Below are positions 21,026-29,646 of a DNA stretch of 29,646 nt, in pieces. Origin of the DNA: Tupaia chinensis (taxonomy: Eukaryota). Location: positions 808,147 to 837,792 of the forward strand of contig NW_006159661.1 of NCBI RefSeq assembly GCF_000334495.1. Reading direction: 5' to 3'. Position numbers and translations under genes: made by a program. Under the pieces are notes generated by a model. That model was not told the origin of the DNA. It worked only from the letters and a program-made list of their open reading frames with translations, and ran no database searches. Every line of letters starts with the position of its first letter. Within the stretch, counting starts at the first letter, position 1.

Positions 21026-21163
21026 CTCACTTTCTTTTTCTGGATGTTTTTCAACCCACATTCTTGGGAGATAAGCATCAGACAAACTGATGTGGAGAGA
21101 GAATCCACTGCTGTCCAGGGAGCTGCCTTCCACGGTGCTGATCACAGCTCTGCAGTCTGTGCT
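21026..21163 (-). CDS. VWA5-family gene exon (STDCRAVISTVEGSSLDSSGFSLHISLSDAYLPRMWVEKHPEKESE)
   Basis: Acceptor cctttgtttcgcag|AGC and donor AGTGAG|gtatat. 138 nt, 46 codons, no stops, phase 0 to 0. Loose similarity to the VWA5A linker CPLSPTEYLGEDKTSAQVSLAAG...NEVHTP. Phase-compatible with the next exon. Confidence 0.55.
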
Positions 21164-21360
21164 CTGCGAAACAAAGGACCATACGAAAGTGTAAGTAATG
21201 GGGCAATACCATATTACTCACTTGCACTTACCTGCCAAGGAGCAAACCCTTGCATAATTTATGTAACTCTAAGAATCGACGATGTTGTAATAAATTCTAA
21301 AATTATGAAATGTCAGCTTTTAAAAAAAATTTTATTTAACTGTATTATTATTATTATTTT

Positions 21361-21494
21361 CCAGTTTGATCAGAAAGAGAGAGAGAAAGATAGAGAGGGA
21401 AAGTGAGAAAGCAAGCTCTAGGTGCAGGACTCGAACCATGTCGGCCATGTGGGAGTCCAGTGCCTCCAACCACCACATCACCTGCTGGTCCCCC
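21361..21494 (-). mobile_element. tRNA-derived SINE, short subtype
   Basis: Reverse complement of the short subtype. Confidence 0.75.
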
Positions 21495-22360
21495 TGAAAT
21501 GTCAGTTTTAGAAGACCATTATCATAGCAGGTATCCTTCTGAAATTCTAAAGTTGATTTACATAGTCAAATTTAAGTAAGTCGAAGACAATCTCATTCTC
21601 TGGATCCAAAGATTGTAGATCCATGTATTCAGTTAGAGTTATCTGGAGACAGGAAAGGACAGCAAATAATCACAGGATTATTTTAACATCAATTTTATTT
21701 ATCAGACAATACATTCACATGGTTTAAGAGTGAAATAATGGTATCAGCAACCTCTAGTAAGAAGGTCTGTCCCGACCCTTAGATCTCCTCATACCACTTG
21801 CCAGAGATAGCAAATCACTTTGAATATTCGAGCTATTTCTCTGGCAATGCCTCCAAAGTTTCAAATAATAATTTTCTTTGGGTTGCTTTCTTTCTTTCTT
21901 TTAAAAGTTTTCTTTCTTTCTAAAAGTTTTCTTTCTTTCTTTTTTTTTTTTTAAGTTTATCTATGTATTTCCTTCTTGAGGAAGAAAGGGGGAGAGAAAG
22001 AGAGATAACCTTAACAGAATCTTCACACTATAATCCTGTACTGTTTGATAATAAAATTCATGTTAAAATAAAAGATCTTAAGAAGTCAGAGATTCACTAA
22101 CCTTTTGTTTCAGTTTGTGTGTATCACTGGAAATGGATTCAATCACATATGGCATCTCTATAGACATAGTCAAGGAGAAGCTACCAAAAATGAAGAAAAG
22201 TTAGCCTAATATGTTAAGTTTCTATCTCAAGTTGTTTCAAATAATTTAAAATGAATATTTAAACCATAAAATAAAACTAATGTCCATTGAATGATTGACA
22301 AGTTTTTGTAAATTACAGCGCTTGTGTTACAAGTTTGTTGAGTGTTGTGTATTTTTTTTT

Positions 22361-22377
22361 GGGGGGGGGGGGGGGGG
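22361..22377. repeat. G17 homopolymer
   Basis: Run of 17 G preceded by T9, abutting the poly-A side of a minus-orientation SINE. Confidence 0.9.
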
Positions 22378-22600
22378 AGAGATTTTTTGCTAGGGTGCAT
22401 ATGCTTGCCAGAGACACAGAGAGAGAAAGTGAGAAATCAGCCCTCAGGAGGATGGCTATGCCACAATCTCTTCTCCTTCACACTCCTCTTGGGATTTTGG
22501 GTACACAAACACACATGCTTGGTGTGAGTTTCAAGTCCCTGGAACTGGGATTCAACCATATGGGAGTTCAGGGCCTTAACCACTATACCACCTGCTGGCC
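22378..22600 (-). mobile_element. tRNA-derived SINE, long subtype
   Basis: Reverse complement of the family. A G17 homopolymer abuts its left end. Confidence 0.75.
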
Positions 22601-23331
22601 TCATGATCGACAAGTTTTAAATTTACTAACCTTTGCTTTGTTCCTATTTCCTTTATACAAATCTTCTCTACTGTATCCTGTTAAAAGAAAAAAAATATAT
22701 ATATATACATGACTGACTATTAGTTTCAGAATGAGACTCTAAACTGAACATCATCTTAGCAAGGCCACAACTGACAGCAGCCATAAAACAGCTGGTTTCA
22801 CTTCTACGCAGTGGAATACACACATACTATACACATTGTATATGGGGGACTTCAGAGAGTTTGTGGGAAAATGGAATTTTAGTACAAGCTTATTTTAGAA
22901 CAATAAATTGAAATCCATACATTATTTTTTTGTAATATGCATTTTTCATGACCTTTTTGAAAACTATATATGTGTGTGTGTATGTGTGTGTATTTACACA
23001 GCAAGTAGTCTGGAAGGACATAAACTAAAGCGTTCATCAGTGGCTCTTTCTGGGCAATGGAATTAAGGATAATTTAATTTTCTTCTTCTTTTGGCTTATT
23101 TGTACATGATGAACATGTAGTACAGATATACAATTTTTTGAATGACCAGACAGAATAAAAGGTTGAACATGTAAGTATCTTTTATTCTTTTAATTTTATA
23201 GCCATCATTTACATGTGTATAAATGCATAAATGCCAATAGAACTGACTTTCTGCCACAGACATTAGATCTCTTTTCTTCCCTATGCATACAGACCCACCT
23301 AAGTGCTTCTTCCAATCTGAAGCATACAAAC

Positions 23332-23496
23332 CTGAAGGTTTTCATTCAAAGCCTTGTTCTGTTGCCAGGGTGCCACGGTGGCGGGCATGAAGAAGACAGC
23401 AACGGAGCCTTGGATGCTGAGTTCTGTGATGTAGGTAATTTTGATGAGAACTTTAGCCTTAGGGGGCAAGTTTCCAACACTTACAGTAAAAACATC
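23332..23496 (-). CDS. VWA5-family gene exon, VIT domain part (DVFTVSVGNLPPKAKVLIKITYITELSIQGSVAVFFMPATVAPWQQNKALNENLQ)
   Basis: Minus-strand acceptor tttctgtttcag|GAT and donor CAG|gtttgt. 165 nt, phase 0 to 0. The peptide aligns with the remembered VWA5A VIT segment RDVFSCNVGNLQPGSKAAVTLKYVQELPLEADGALRFVLPAVLNPRYQ. Confidence 0.75.
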
Positions 23497-23620
23497 CTGA
23501 AACAGAAACATATGACTTGCTCACATCCCCAAATCATATCCTTTCTTTGCAAGTTAACCACTCAGTATTCTTTACACAACTTGAACCATAATCTGCAAGT
23601 TCTTCAGGAAATGATAATCG

Positions 23621-23815
23621 GGCCAGGTGGTGATACAGCAGTGATGCAACTGGACCCTCATGGGAAGAAAAGTCCTAGGTTTGTGTCCCAGGATCTCCCT
23701 GAGCATGCCCGTGATCTAGGCCAGCTGAAGCTGGGGTTGGATTGCAATATGAAGACCTTGGTGGGATGCCTGTTGTTTTTCTCTTTCTCTCTAAATGAAT
23801 GAATGAATGAATAAA
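23621..23815 (+). mobile_element. SINE, variant subtype with (GAAT)n tail
   Basis: tRNA-like head gggccaggtggtgatacagcagtgatgcaactggaccctcatggg, ending in aatgaatgaatgaatgaataaaa. Confidence 0.6.
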
Positions 23816-23823
23816 AGTCCTTA

Positions 23824-24090
23824 TAATAGTGGTTGAGCACGGTGCAGAGGAAGCTGGATTCCATATTGCCAACCAGGGTTTCAGTTCCAGCCCTGGCAGT
23901 TTACATGCTGAGCAAATGTATGTGTGTCCAGGATCCTGACAGGGTGGAGACTTGGAGAAAAAATTATTGTGGTCTGACCAGGCCCTGCTGTGGGGGAAGG
24001 GAGAGGGGAGGTGGTGCTTTCTCTTACTTCCTCTCTTCTCCTCTTTTCTCTCTTCTCTGTATGTGCACATGCCCTCTGGCATTTTTTTAA
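23824..24090 (+). mobile_element. Divergent long-subtype SINE
   Basis: Family architecture, diverged. Confidence 0.55.
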
Positions 24091-24097
24091 AAGGTTG

Positions 24098-24255
24098 GGG
24101 TGGCAGGTGGTGTGGTGGTTAAGATGCTGGACTCCCACATGGTCAACCATGGTTCGAGTCCCAGACATGGTGGGTTGCTTTCTCACTTTCCCTTTCTCTC
24201 TCTCTGTCTCTACCTGGTCAAATTAGTAATAATAATAATAACAATAATGATAATA
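24098..24255 (+). mobile_element. tRNA-derived SINE, short subtype, with (TAA)n-like tail
   Basis: Head plus a CT-rich tail and aataataataataacaataatgataatag. Confidence 0.8.
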
Positions 24256-24599
24256 GAACCACAAGACACATTTTAGGTGCTAAAGGAGAATCCTGGAGCC
24301 ATCCACAGTGGTGGGGATGGGGTGATGTCTGCAGGAGATGCAGGGAGAGGAGGCCTGTTGGCAGCTGAACTGAGGACTATCACCCCACGGACTCCGCACC
24401 AGTGGCCTCACATACAGTGGTTCTGTAGCACAGACGGCCTCCACACATCCCCTTTCTTGAAGCACCTGTGGCCTCCCAGCCTTCACAGCATCCAGCTCCA
24501 GTTCCACCAGCAGCTGTAGAACTAGAGCTGCTTTCGCTAAGTGGATGCTCACTTAGCTATTTTACCCTATAGTAAATGTATCTTTTTATTTATTTATTT

Positions 24600-25128
24600 T
24601 TAAGTTTGCTATAAGGCATGTGCACCTGCTGGGGGAGGAGGGGAAGAGAGAGAGAGAGATTGAGAAAGTGAGAAATCAACCCCTAGGGGGAATGGCTACA
24701 CCATGATCCCTTCTCTTTTGTTCTGTTGGGATTTTGGGCATGCATACACATACGTCTGTTATGTTTTTCTTTTTTTTCTTTTGGAGAGGTTTTTGCTATA
24801 GGGTGTGTGTGCTCATCAGAAATACAGAGAGAAACAGAGAGACAGAAAGTGAGAAATCACCCACCAGTGGGATGGCCACGCCGCAATGCCTTCTCCTCCA
24901 TTCTCCTCTTGGGATCTTGGGCATGCACCACGCGCATGGGCCTGGCTTGAATTTAAGCCACTGGGTCTGGGACTTGAACCGCGGGCGACTACATGGGAGT
25001 CCAGCAACATTACGGCAATTGCTGATCCCGTGCCTGTTGTGTTTTTCAAGCTGCAAGGTCTGGGACTTGAACCACAGTCAGCCATATGGGATCGAGCTGC
25101 CTTAGCCATCATGCCATTGGTGGGCTCA
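24600..25128 (-). mobile_element. Cluster of long-subtype SINEs (partial 24600-24762, full 24783-25028, partial head copy 25029-25128)
   Basis: Reverse complement of the family. The head segment recurs in tandem. Confidence 0.7.
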
Positions 25129-25309
25129 TATCCTTTTTTTTTTTTTTTTTTTTAAGTTATTTAGTTTTCTTTTAACGGAGTATTGATAATTACCATAATG
25201 TGACTAGCTAAGGCAGAAAAAAAGAGGTTGAATGTATCTTTTTGCTGATACCTACATTTTTGAGACCCTCAAAAATCCCTGACTATGCTCATCATTTCAG
25301 CCCTTTTTT

Positions 25310-25451
25310 TTTTTAGAGAGAGGTTTTTGCTATAGGGTACATGTGCTCACCAGAAAGACAGAGACCGAGAGATATAAAGTGAGAAATCCCCCTCCCCCCG
25401 GAGGATGGCCACGCCACAATCCCTTCTCTTCCACTCTCCTCTTGGGATCTT

Positions 25452-25492
<41 letters not shown>

Positions 25493-25590
25493 TGCACCCG
25501 GCGTGAGTTTAAGCCACTGGGTCGACTTGAACCACAGTCGACCACATGGGAGTCTAGTGACATAGCCATTACGCCAATTGCTGGTCCCCA
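25310..25590 (-). mobile_element. tRNA-derived SINE, long subtype, with internal (CA)17
   Basis: Reverse complement of the family. A (CA)n tract lies at 25454-25488. Confidence 0.8.
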
Positions 25591-25768
25591 TTTCAGTCAA
25601 TTTTGCTAGCATGAAAATTCAGTGTTTTTAGATTAAGTTTGCAGAATGTTAATGATTAATATAGGCTTAAAGTTTATTACTTTTGACACTAAAGATATCC
25701 ATTTGCAGAATAGAAAGAAATAATAAATGACTAATAGTGCTAGCCTTTATTTATTTTTAGTTTATACA

Positions 25769-26003
25769 TTAGAGTGCACCTGGATTCACCAGAGTGACAG
25801 ACGGAGGGAGAGCAAGAAAGCATCCCTCAATGGGGCATGGTCATACCACAATCCCTTCTCCTCCAGTTCTCCATCCTGACAGGATTTTGTGTATACACAT
25901 ACATGTTTCCAGAATGTTTTTCAAGCCTCTGGGACCAGGATTCAAATTGTGGTCGACCATGTGGACTCTAACTCCCCTAAGCACTAGGCTAGGAGACTGG
26001 TCC
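25769..26003 (-). mobile_element. tRNA-derived SINE, long subtype
   Basis: Reverse complement of the family. Confidence 0.7.
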
Positions 26004-27139
26004 AATAATGCTAGCTTTTTTTCTTTAAAGTATGTCAAAAAGCCTGGGGTTCATTTGAGGGACTACAACTGAATACTGTGAAGTAATCTGGGTAGGTTAT
26101 AGGTAAGATGACGTCTCTTCTGTTATAATGCATTGGATAGTCTATAAAACCATAACTCGTCTTGAACTTAGAAACAAGTGAACTGAATTCCAAAGAGTGA
26201 CAAACCCCTTTGAGGACAAACAGGATGCAGGACCTGTATGAATTCCTACAGGCTCAGGGCAGACTAGTTTATTGCTTTAGAATAACTGGGACCCCCCCCA
26301 AGTCAAGAGAAGCTCGCATTACCTCATAAGCTTTTCTCCATGGCTTCCATTGGGCCCACTAGAAAGACTGGAACAGGGCAGGGCACCAAAACAAGCACCT
26401 CAAAACTGAACAGATGTGGAGGTGGTGCTGACAGGGCAGATGTGCAGTGGGGGCAGGCGTGAAGGTGGTAGCTGATGAGGGGGGTGTGCAGGAGGTGGTG
26501 GCTGCTGCTAGGGGACAGGCATGGAACATGACTCACTACCCTGGATCCCTTCTTCATAAGAAGCAAAGGCCTTAAAGTTGCTGGGAGAGGGGCAGCAAAC
26601 TCACTTCTAGGGCCATTGGGAAAGAGGCAGGATCAAATCAGGGTAAGAGACCTTCGTTACTATGTCCAGTGACCAGGTAAAGCACCATTGTTCAGACAGA
26701 AGGCAGAGCAAGAACTATCTCCTCACAGGGGAGGGGATAAACCCCTCTGGATTCAGAACCCTGCATTAGTACAAAGCAGGGATTTGTTGCCACTGGAGGA
26801 AAGGCTGACCCTCAGACAACTCTCATGACATAGGGTAGGAGAATGTGCAGAAACGAGAAGATCCCTACGTGCGGAGCACGGGTCCTGCCTAACGCTGAGG
26901 CTGAACAGGGGGACACCCCCACCCGGCACAAGCCTCGTACCAAGTACCAAGTAATCGCAGGCTGCCAATGAGGGGAGAGGAAGAGTGCACTATAGCCACC
27001 TCTGAGGGTCAGAGTGAGGGTTGCTGAAAACCGAGGGTAGAGCGCGAACCTAAGGAAACCCTCTGCACTCCAGGACCCACAATATACCAGGTGCCAGCAG
27101 CCCGCTGTCGGAGGGGTTGAAGACCTGGCACTGCCGGTA

Positions 27140-27500
27140 ATGGTAAGAATGGTAAAAGCCAAACCCAGGTCAACCCTTCAGTCCCCACATGAACATCCTG
27201 AAGAAACAGAAGTGGTCATTTTGGGGCATACATACCATTTATTTCAGTCTCTACTTTTCTCCTACACCCCATACCCAGCATTCAATCTCAAATTTCAAAA
27301 TACACACAGAAAAAAAAAAAGCCAGAAAAAAAATGACCCAATGTTCCAAAGATAAAGCACGTAACAGGACCAAAGACAACCAGGATGCCAGATCAAATAG
27401 ATGAGGTGATGATTAACATATAAATATATAAAAGATCTATAGGAAAGGTGAGACCCATGTATGAACAGAAGAAAAGTTTCATTAGAGAGATGGAAATTAT
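27140..27500 (+). mobile_element. Possible LINE-1 fragment (5'UTR/ORF1-start-like)
   Basis: A-rich sequence with basic N-terminal-like text (KKKARKKMTQCSKDKARNRTKDN) and vocabulary typical of L1 ORF1. Similar material continues at 29290-29540, after the SINE cluster. Confidence 0.25.
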
Positions 27501-27773
27501 TTAAAAAAAAAAAAAAGGCAAAGATGCTAGAAACAGCCCAGTGCTGGTAGTGTGCACTGGATGATGCAGCTACTTGGAAGGCTGAGGCCTCCTGGGAGGA
27601 TTGGGTTCAATTTTCAGTCCAGTTAGGCATGAAGGTGCATGCTTTAGACCTGGCGACTCAGAAGGCTAAGGCAAGAGGATTGCAAACGTGTGGCCAGTGT
27701 TCGTAACAGAGGAAGACCTGTCTGAAAGAGTCAGGCATGATGGTATAGTCTTAGAATTTCAGCTACTTGGGGG

Positions 27774-28207
27774 ATCAGCAGATGATGTAATGATTACTCA
27801 CATGTAGTAAACTGTGGTTTGAGTCCTGGACCTGGCAGCTTAAACTCACACCAGGCGCATTTATGTGTGTGCCCAAAATTTCAAGAGGATGGGGCTAGCA
27901 GTTGGTGTGGTGGTTAAGGGCACTGGACTCCCACATGACCAACCATGGTTCGAGTCCCGGACCTGGTGGGTTGCTTTCTCACTCTCTATCTTACTCTGTT
28001 TCTCCCTGGTCAAATTAAAATAAATAAATAAATAAACATTAAAAATTAAAAAAAAAAAAAAGTTCAAGAGGAGAATGGAGAAAAAAGGGATTGCAGTGTG
28101 GCCATCCCCTCTGTGGGGTTATTTCTTGCTTCCTGTGACTCTGTCTCTCCAGATAGCACACGTGCCCTATAGCAAAAATATCTCTCTCAAAAAAAAAAAA
28201 AAAAAAA
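27774..28207 (+). mobile_element. Long-subtype SINE nested in the 7SL-derived element, itself carrying a nested short-subtype SINE
   Basis: Head at 27774-27889, central domain and tail at 28062-28207. Possible TSD cagctacttgg and cagatacttgg. Confidence 0.7.
27891..28061 (+). mobile_element. Short-subtype SINE nested inside a long-subtype SINE, TSD ttcaagagga
   Basis: Direct repeat at 27880-27889 and 28063-28072. Tail (aaat)n followed by A13. Confidence 0.85.
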
Positions 28208-28335
28208 GGAATTGCAGATACTTGGAAAAATGAGGCAAGAATATTGGATGTACTGAGACCAAGTCTTTAAAAAAAAAAGTAGAAACAAACACATTTTCAT
28301 AGTTGATGAATATTTTTAAAAGTAGGGGGGTGGGG

Positions 28336-28597
28336 AACCAGCAGTTAGCGTAATGGCTATGTTTCTGGACTCCCACGTAGTCGACCGCGGTTCGTGTCCC
28401 AGACCCGGTGGCTTAAAACTCACGCCAGGCGCGTGTGCGTGCGTGCCCAAGATCCCGAGAGGAGAATGGAGGAGAAGGGATTGCGGTGTGACCATCCCCC
28501 CTGGGGGTGATTTCTCGCTTTCTGTCTCTATGTCTCTCTCTGTCTGTCTGGCAAGCGCACGCGCCCTACAGTGAAAATCTCTCCAAAAAAAAAAAAA
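28336..28597 (+). mobile_element. tRNA-derived SINE, long subtype, near consensus
   Basis: Sequence is ccagcagttagcgtaatggctatg...gcgccctacagtgaaaatctctcc followed by A14. Confidence 0.85.
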
Positions 28598-28599
28598 AG

Positions 28600-29095
28600 T
28601 AGGGGGGGGGATGTGTGCTCACTAGAGAGACAAAGAGAAAGAGAGAAAGAAAGAAAACACCCCCAGTGGGGCATGGTCAAGCCACAATCCCATCTCTTTA
28701 CTTCTCCTCCCCATCAGGATCCTGGGCATGCACACACACCTGCCTGGCATGTTTTCAAGATGCAAGGGCCAGGAACCAGCAGTTAGCGTAATGGCTATGT
28801 CGCGGGACTCCCACGTAGTCGACCGCGGTTCACGTCCCGGACCCAGTGGCTTAAAACTCACGCCGGGCGCGTGTGCGTGCGTGCCAAGATCCCGAGAGGA
28901 GAATGGAGGAGAAGAGATTGCAGCGTGACCATCCCCCCTGGGGGGTGATTTCTCGCTTTCTGTCTCTGTCTCTCTGTCTGTCTGGAGAGCACACGCACCC
29001 TATAGCAAAAACCTCTCAAAAAAAAATTAAATAAATAAAAAGATGCAAGGGCCGAGATTCAGACTACAAATGGCCACGTGGGATCCAGGTTTTTT
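28600..29095 (-). mobile_element. Long-subtype SINE (minus) split by a nested insertion (28600-28770 and 29054-29095)
   Basis: 3' part at 28600-28770. The head part resumes at 29054 (gagattcagactacaaatggccacgtgggatccagg). Confidence 0.65.
28771..29040 (+). mobile_element. Long-subtype SINE, near consensus, nested in the previous element with 14-bp TSD (aagatgcaagggcc)
   Basis: TSD at 28757-28770 and 29040-29053. Confidence 0.9.
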
Positions 29096-29230
29096 TGGAC
29101 ACAAGACTTCAATGCCTGTATTATAAGCCCAGCCCCAGAGCTGAAGAGTTTGTCAAACGTATCAGTAGACTCGACATATCTGAGGAAAGAATTAATTAAC
29201 TTGATATAGGTCAATAGAAATTATTCAAAA

Positions 29231-29299
29231 TATTGGGTTGTTGGGAAAATCATAATGCATTTTTGCAGAGAAAATATGCCATGACTTTCCTGACAACCT
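29231..29299. mobile_element. Palindromic mariner-type MITE (MADE1-like), second copy
   Basis: Arms ttgggttgttgggaaaatcataatgcattttt and aaaatatgccatgactttcctgacaaccta. Confidence 0.5.
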
Positions 29300-29646
29300 A
29301 ATAAAATGGAACAAGAAACAAAACTGAAAAACCAGAGCTCCAAAAGCAGTGAGACAATATAAAATCATGTAAGTAATACAATATAGATATAGTTGAAGTC
29401 TTTAAGACACGGAGAATGAAGCAGAAGAAAAATTTCAAGAGATAAGGACCAAGGCTGTTCCAAAGTGAATGTGAGACAATCCAAGCTCAGAGAACCCTAA
29501 GCAAAATGAATAGTAATTTAAAAAAAAAAAAATCACGATCCTGAGATGGCTACTGAACTTGAGCTGTAAAATATTGCTTTCAGGGACTAAAAATGAAGAT
29601 ATTCTGCTGAAACTTCTCCCTGCAGATCCACTTCTAGTGGGTGGGG

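Larger units (their letters stand above)
27525..28279 (+). mobile_element. 7SL-derived dimeric (B1/Alu-like) SINE interrupted by nested insertions
   Basis: Carries gctacttggaaggctgaggc and ggcatgatggtatagtcttagaatttcagctacttggggg. Resumes at 28208 as ggaattgcagatacttggaaaaatgaggcaag...gagaccaagtcttt followed by an A-run. Confidence 0.55.

Noticed and set aside
21164-21232. Tiny 68-nt intron splitting the exon at 21026-21163 from an upstream coding micro-exon
   Set aside because: The putative upstream piece has an in-frame TAA immediately before it in the required frame, so it cannot be internal coding sequence. It is kept only as a possible alternative first exon (see findings).
22640-22760. 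AT-rich candidate exons between the VIT exon and 21163 (for example GATACAGTAGAG...CAAAG|gttagt)
   Set aside because: Phase is inconsistent or stops are present, and the segment is adjacent to an (AT)n tract. The real linker exon or exons of this interval were not confidently located.
23215-23802. Longest ORF in the track (195 aa, plus strand)
   Set aside because: It is antisense to the confirmed VIT exon (23332-23496) and runs into a SINE. It has no homology-like motifs, so it is most likely a chance open frame.
1-29646. Prokaryotic feature classes (CRISPR arrays, operons, RBS/promoter -10/-35, rRNA/tRNA genes, integrons)
   Set aside because: The sequence is mammalian nuclear DNA (MIR, 7SL- and tRNA-derived SINEs, GT-AG introns). 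The tRNA-like segments are SINE heads, not tRNA genes (no intact cloverleaf, followed by SINE bodies). No CRISPR-like evenly spaced repeats occur.

Overview
Mammalian nuclear DNA, not prokaryotic. MIR fragments, 7SL-derived (B1/Alu-like) SINEs and a very abundant lineage-specific tRNA-derived SINE family co-occur, which points to a Euarchontoglires-type genome. I cannot name the species. Over half the window is SINE sequence, present as a long (~250 bp) and a short (~150-180 bp) subtype in both orientations. Several copies carry intact target-site duplications and several are nested inside one another. Most six-frame ORFs in the track are SINE-encoded and are not genes. The main gene is a minus-strand multi-exon gene for a VIT + von Willebrand factor A (vWA) domain protein of the VWA5A/VWA5B (ITI heavy-chain-like) family. 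I reconstructed 11 phase-consistent coding exons between about 23.5 kb and 6.5 kb: the VIT domain, a D-x-S-x-S MIDAS motif, and the vWA TDG...G[IV]G segment. I recognised them by splice consensus plus remembered motif similarity to VWA5A, not by any database search. The most notable structure is a near-identical 2.39 kb tandem duplication (13781-16171 and 16172-18583). It duplicates one 188-nt internal vWA coding exon. Because 188 is not a multiple of 3, splicing both copies would frameshift the protein, so this is either a recent disruptive duplication or an assembly artefact. Other items: a ~115-bp tandem repeat at the window start with an open minus-strand proline-rich frame, cut by the window edge; palindromic mariner-type MITEs; a 17-G homopolymer; several microsatellites; and closely spaced inverted SINE pairs inside introns. 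No rRNA, tRNA gene, CRISPR array or prokaryotic feature is present.
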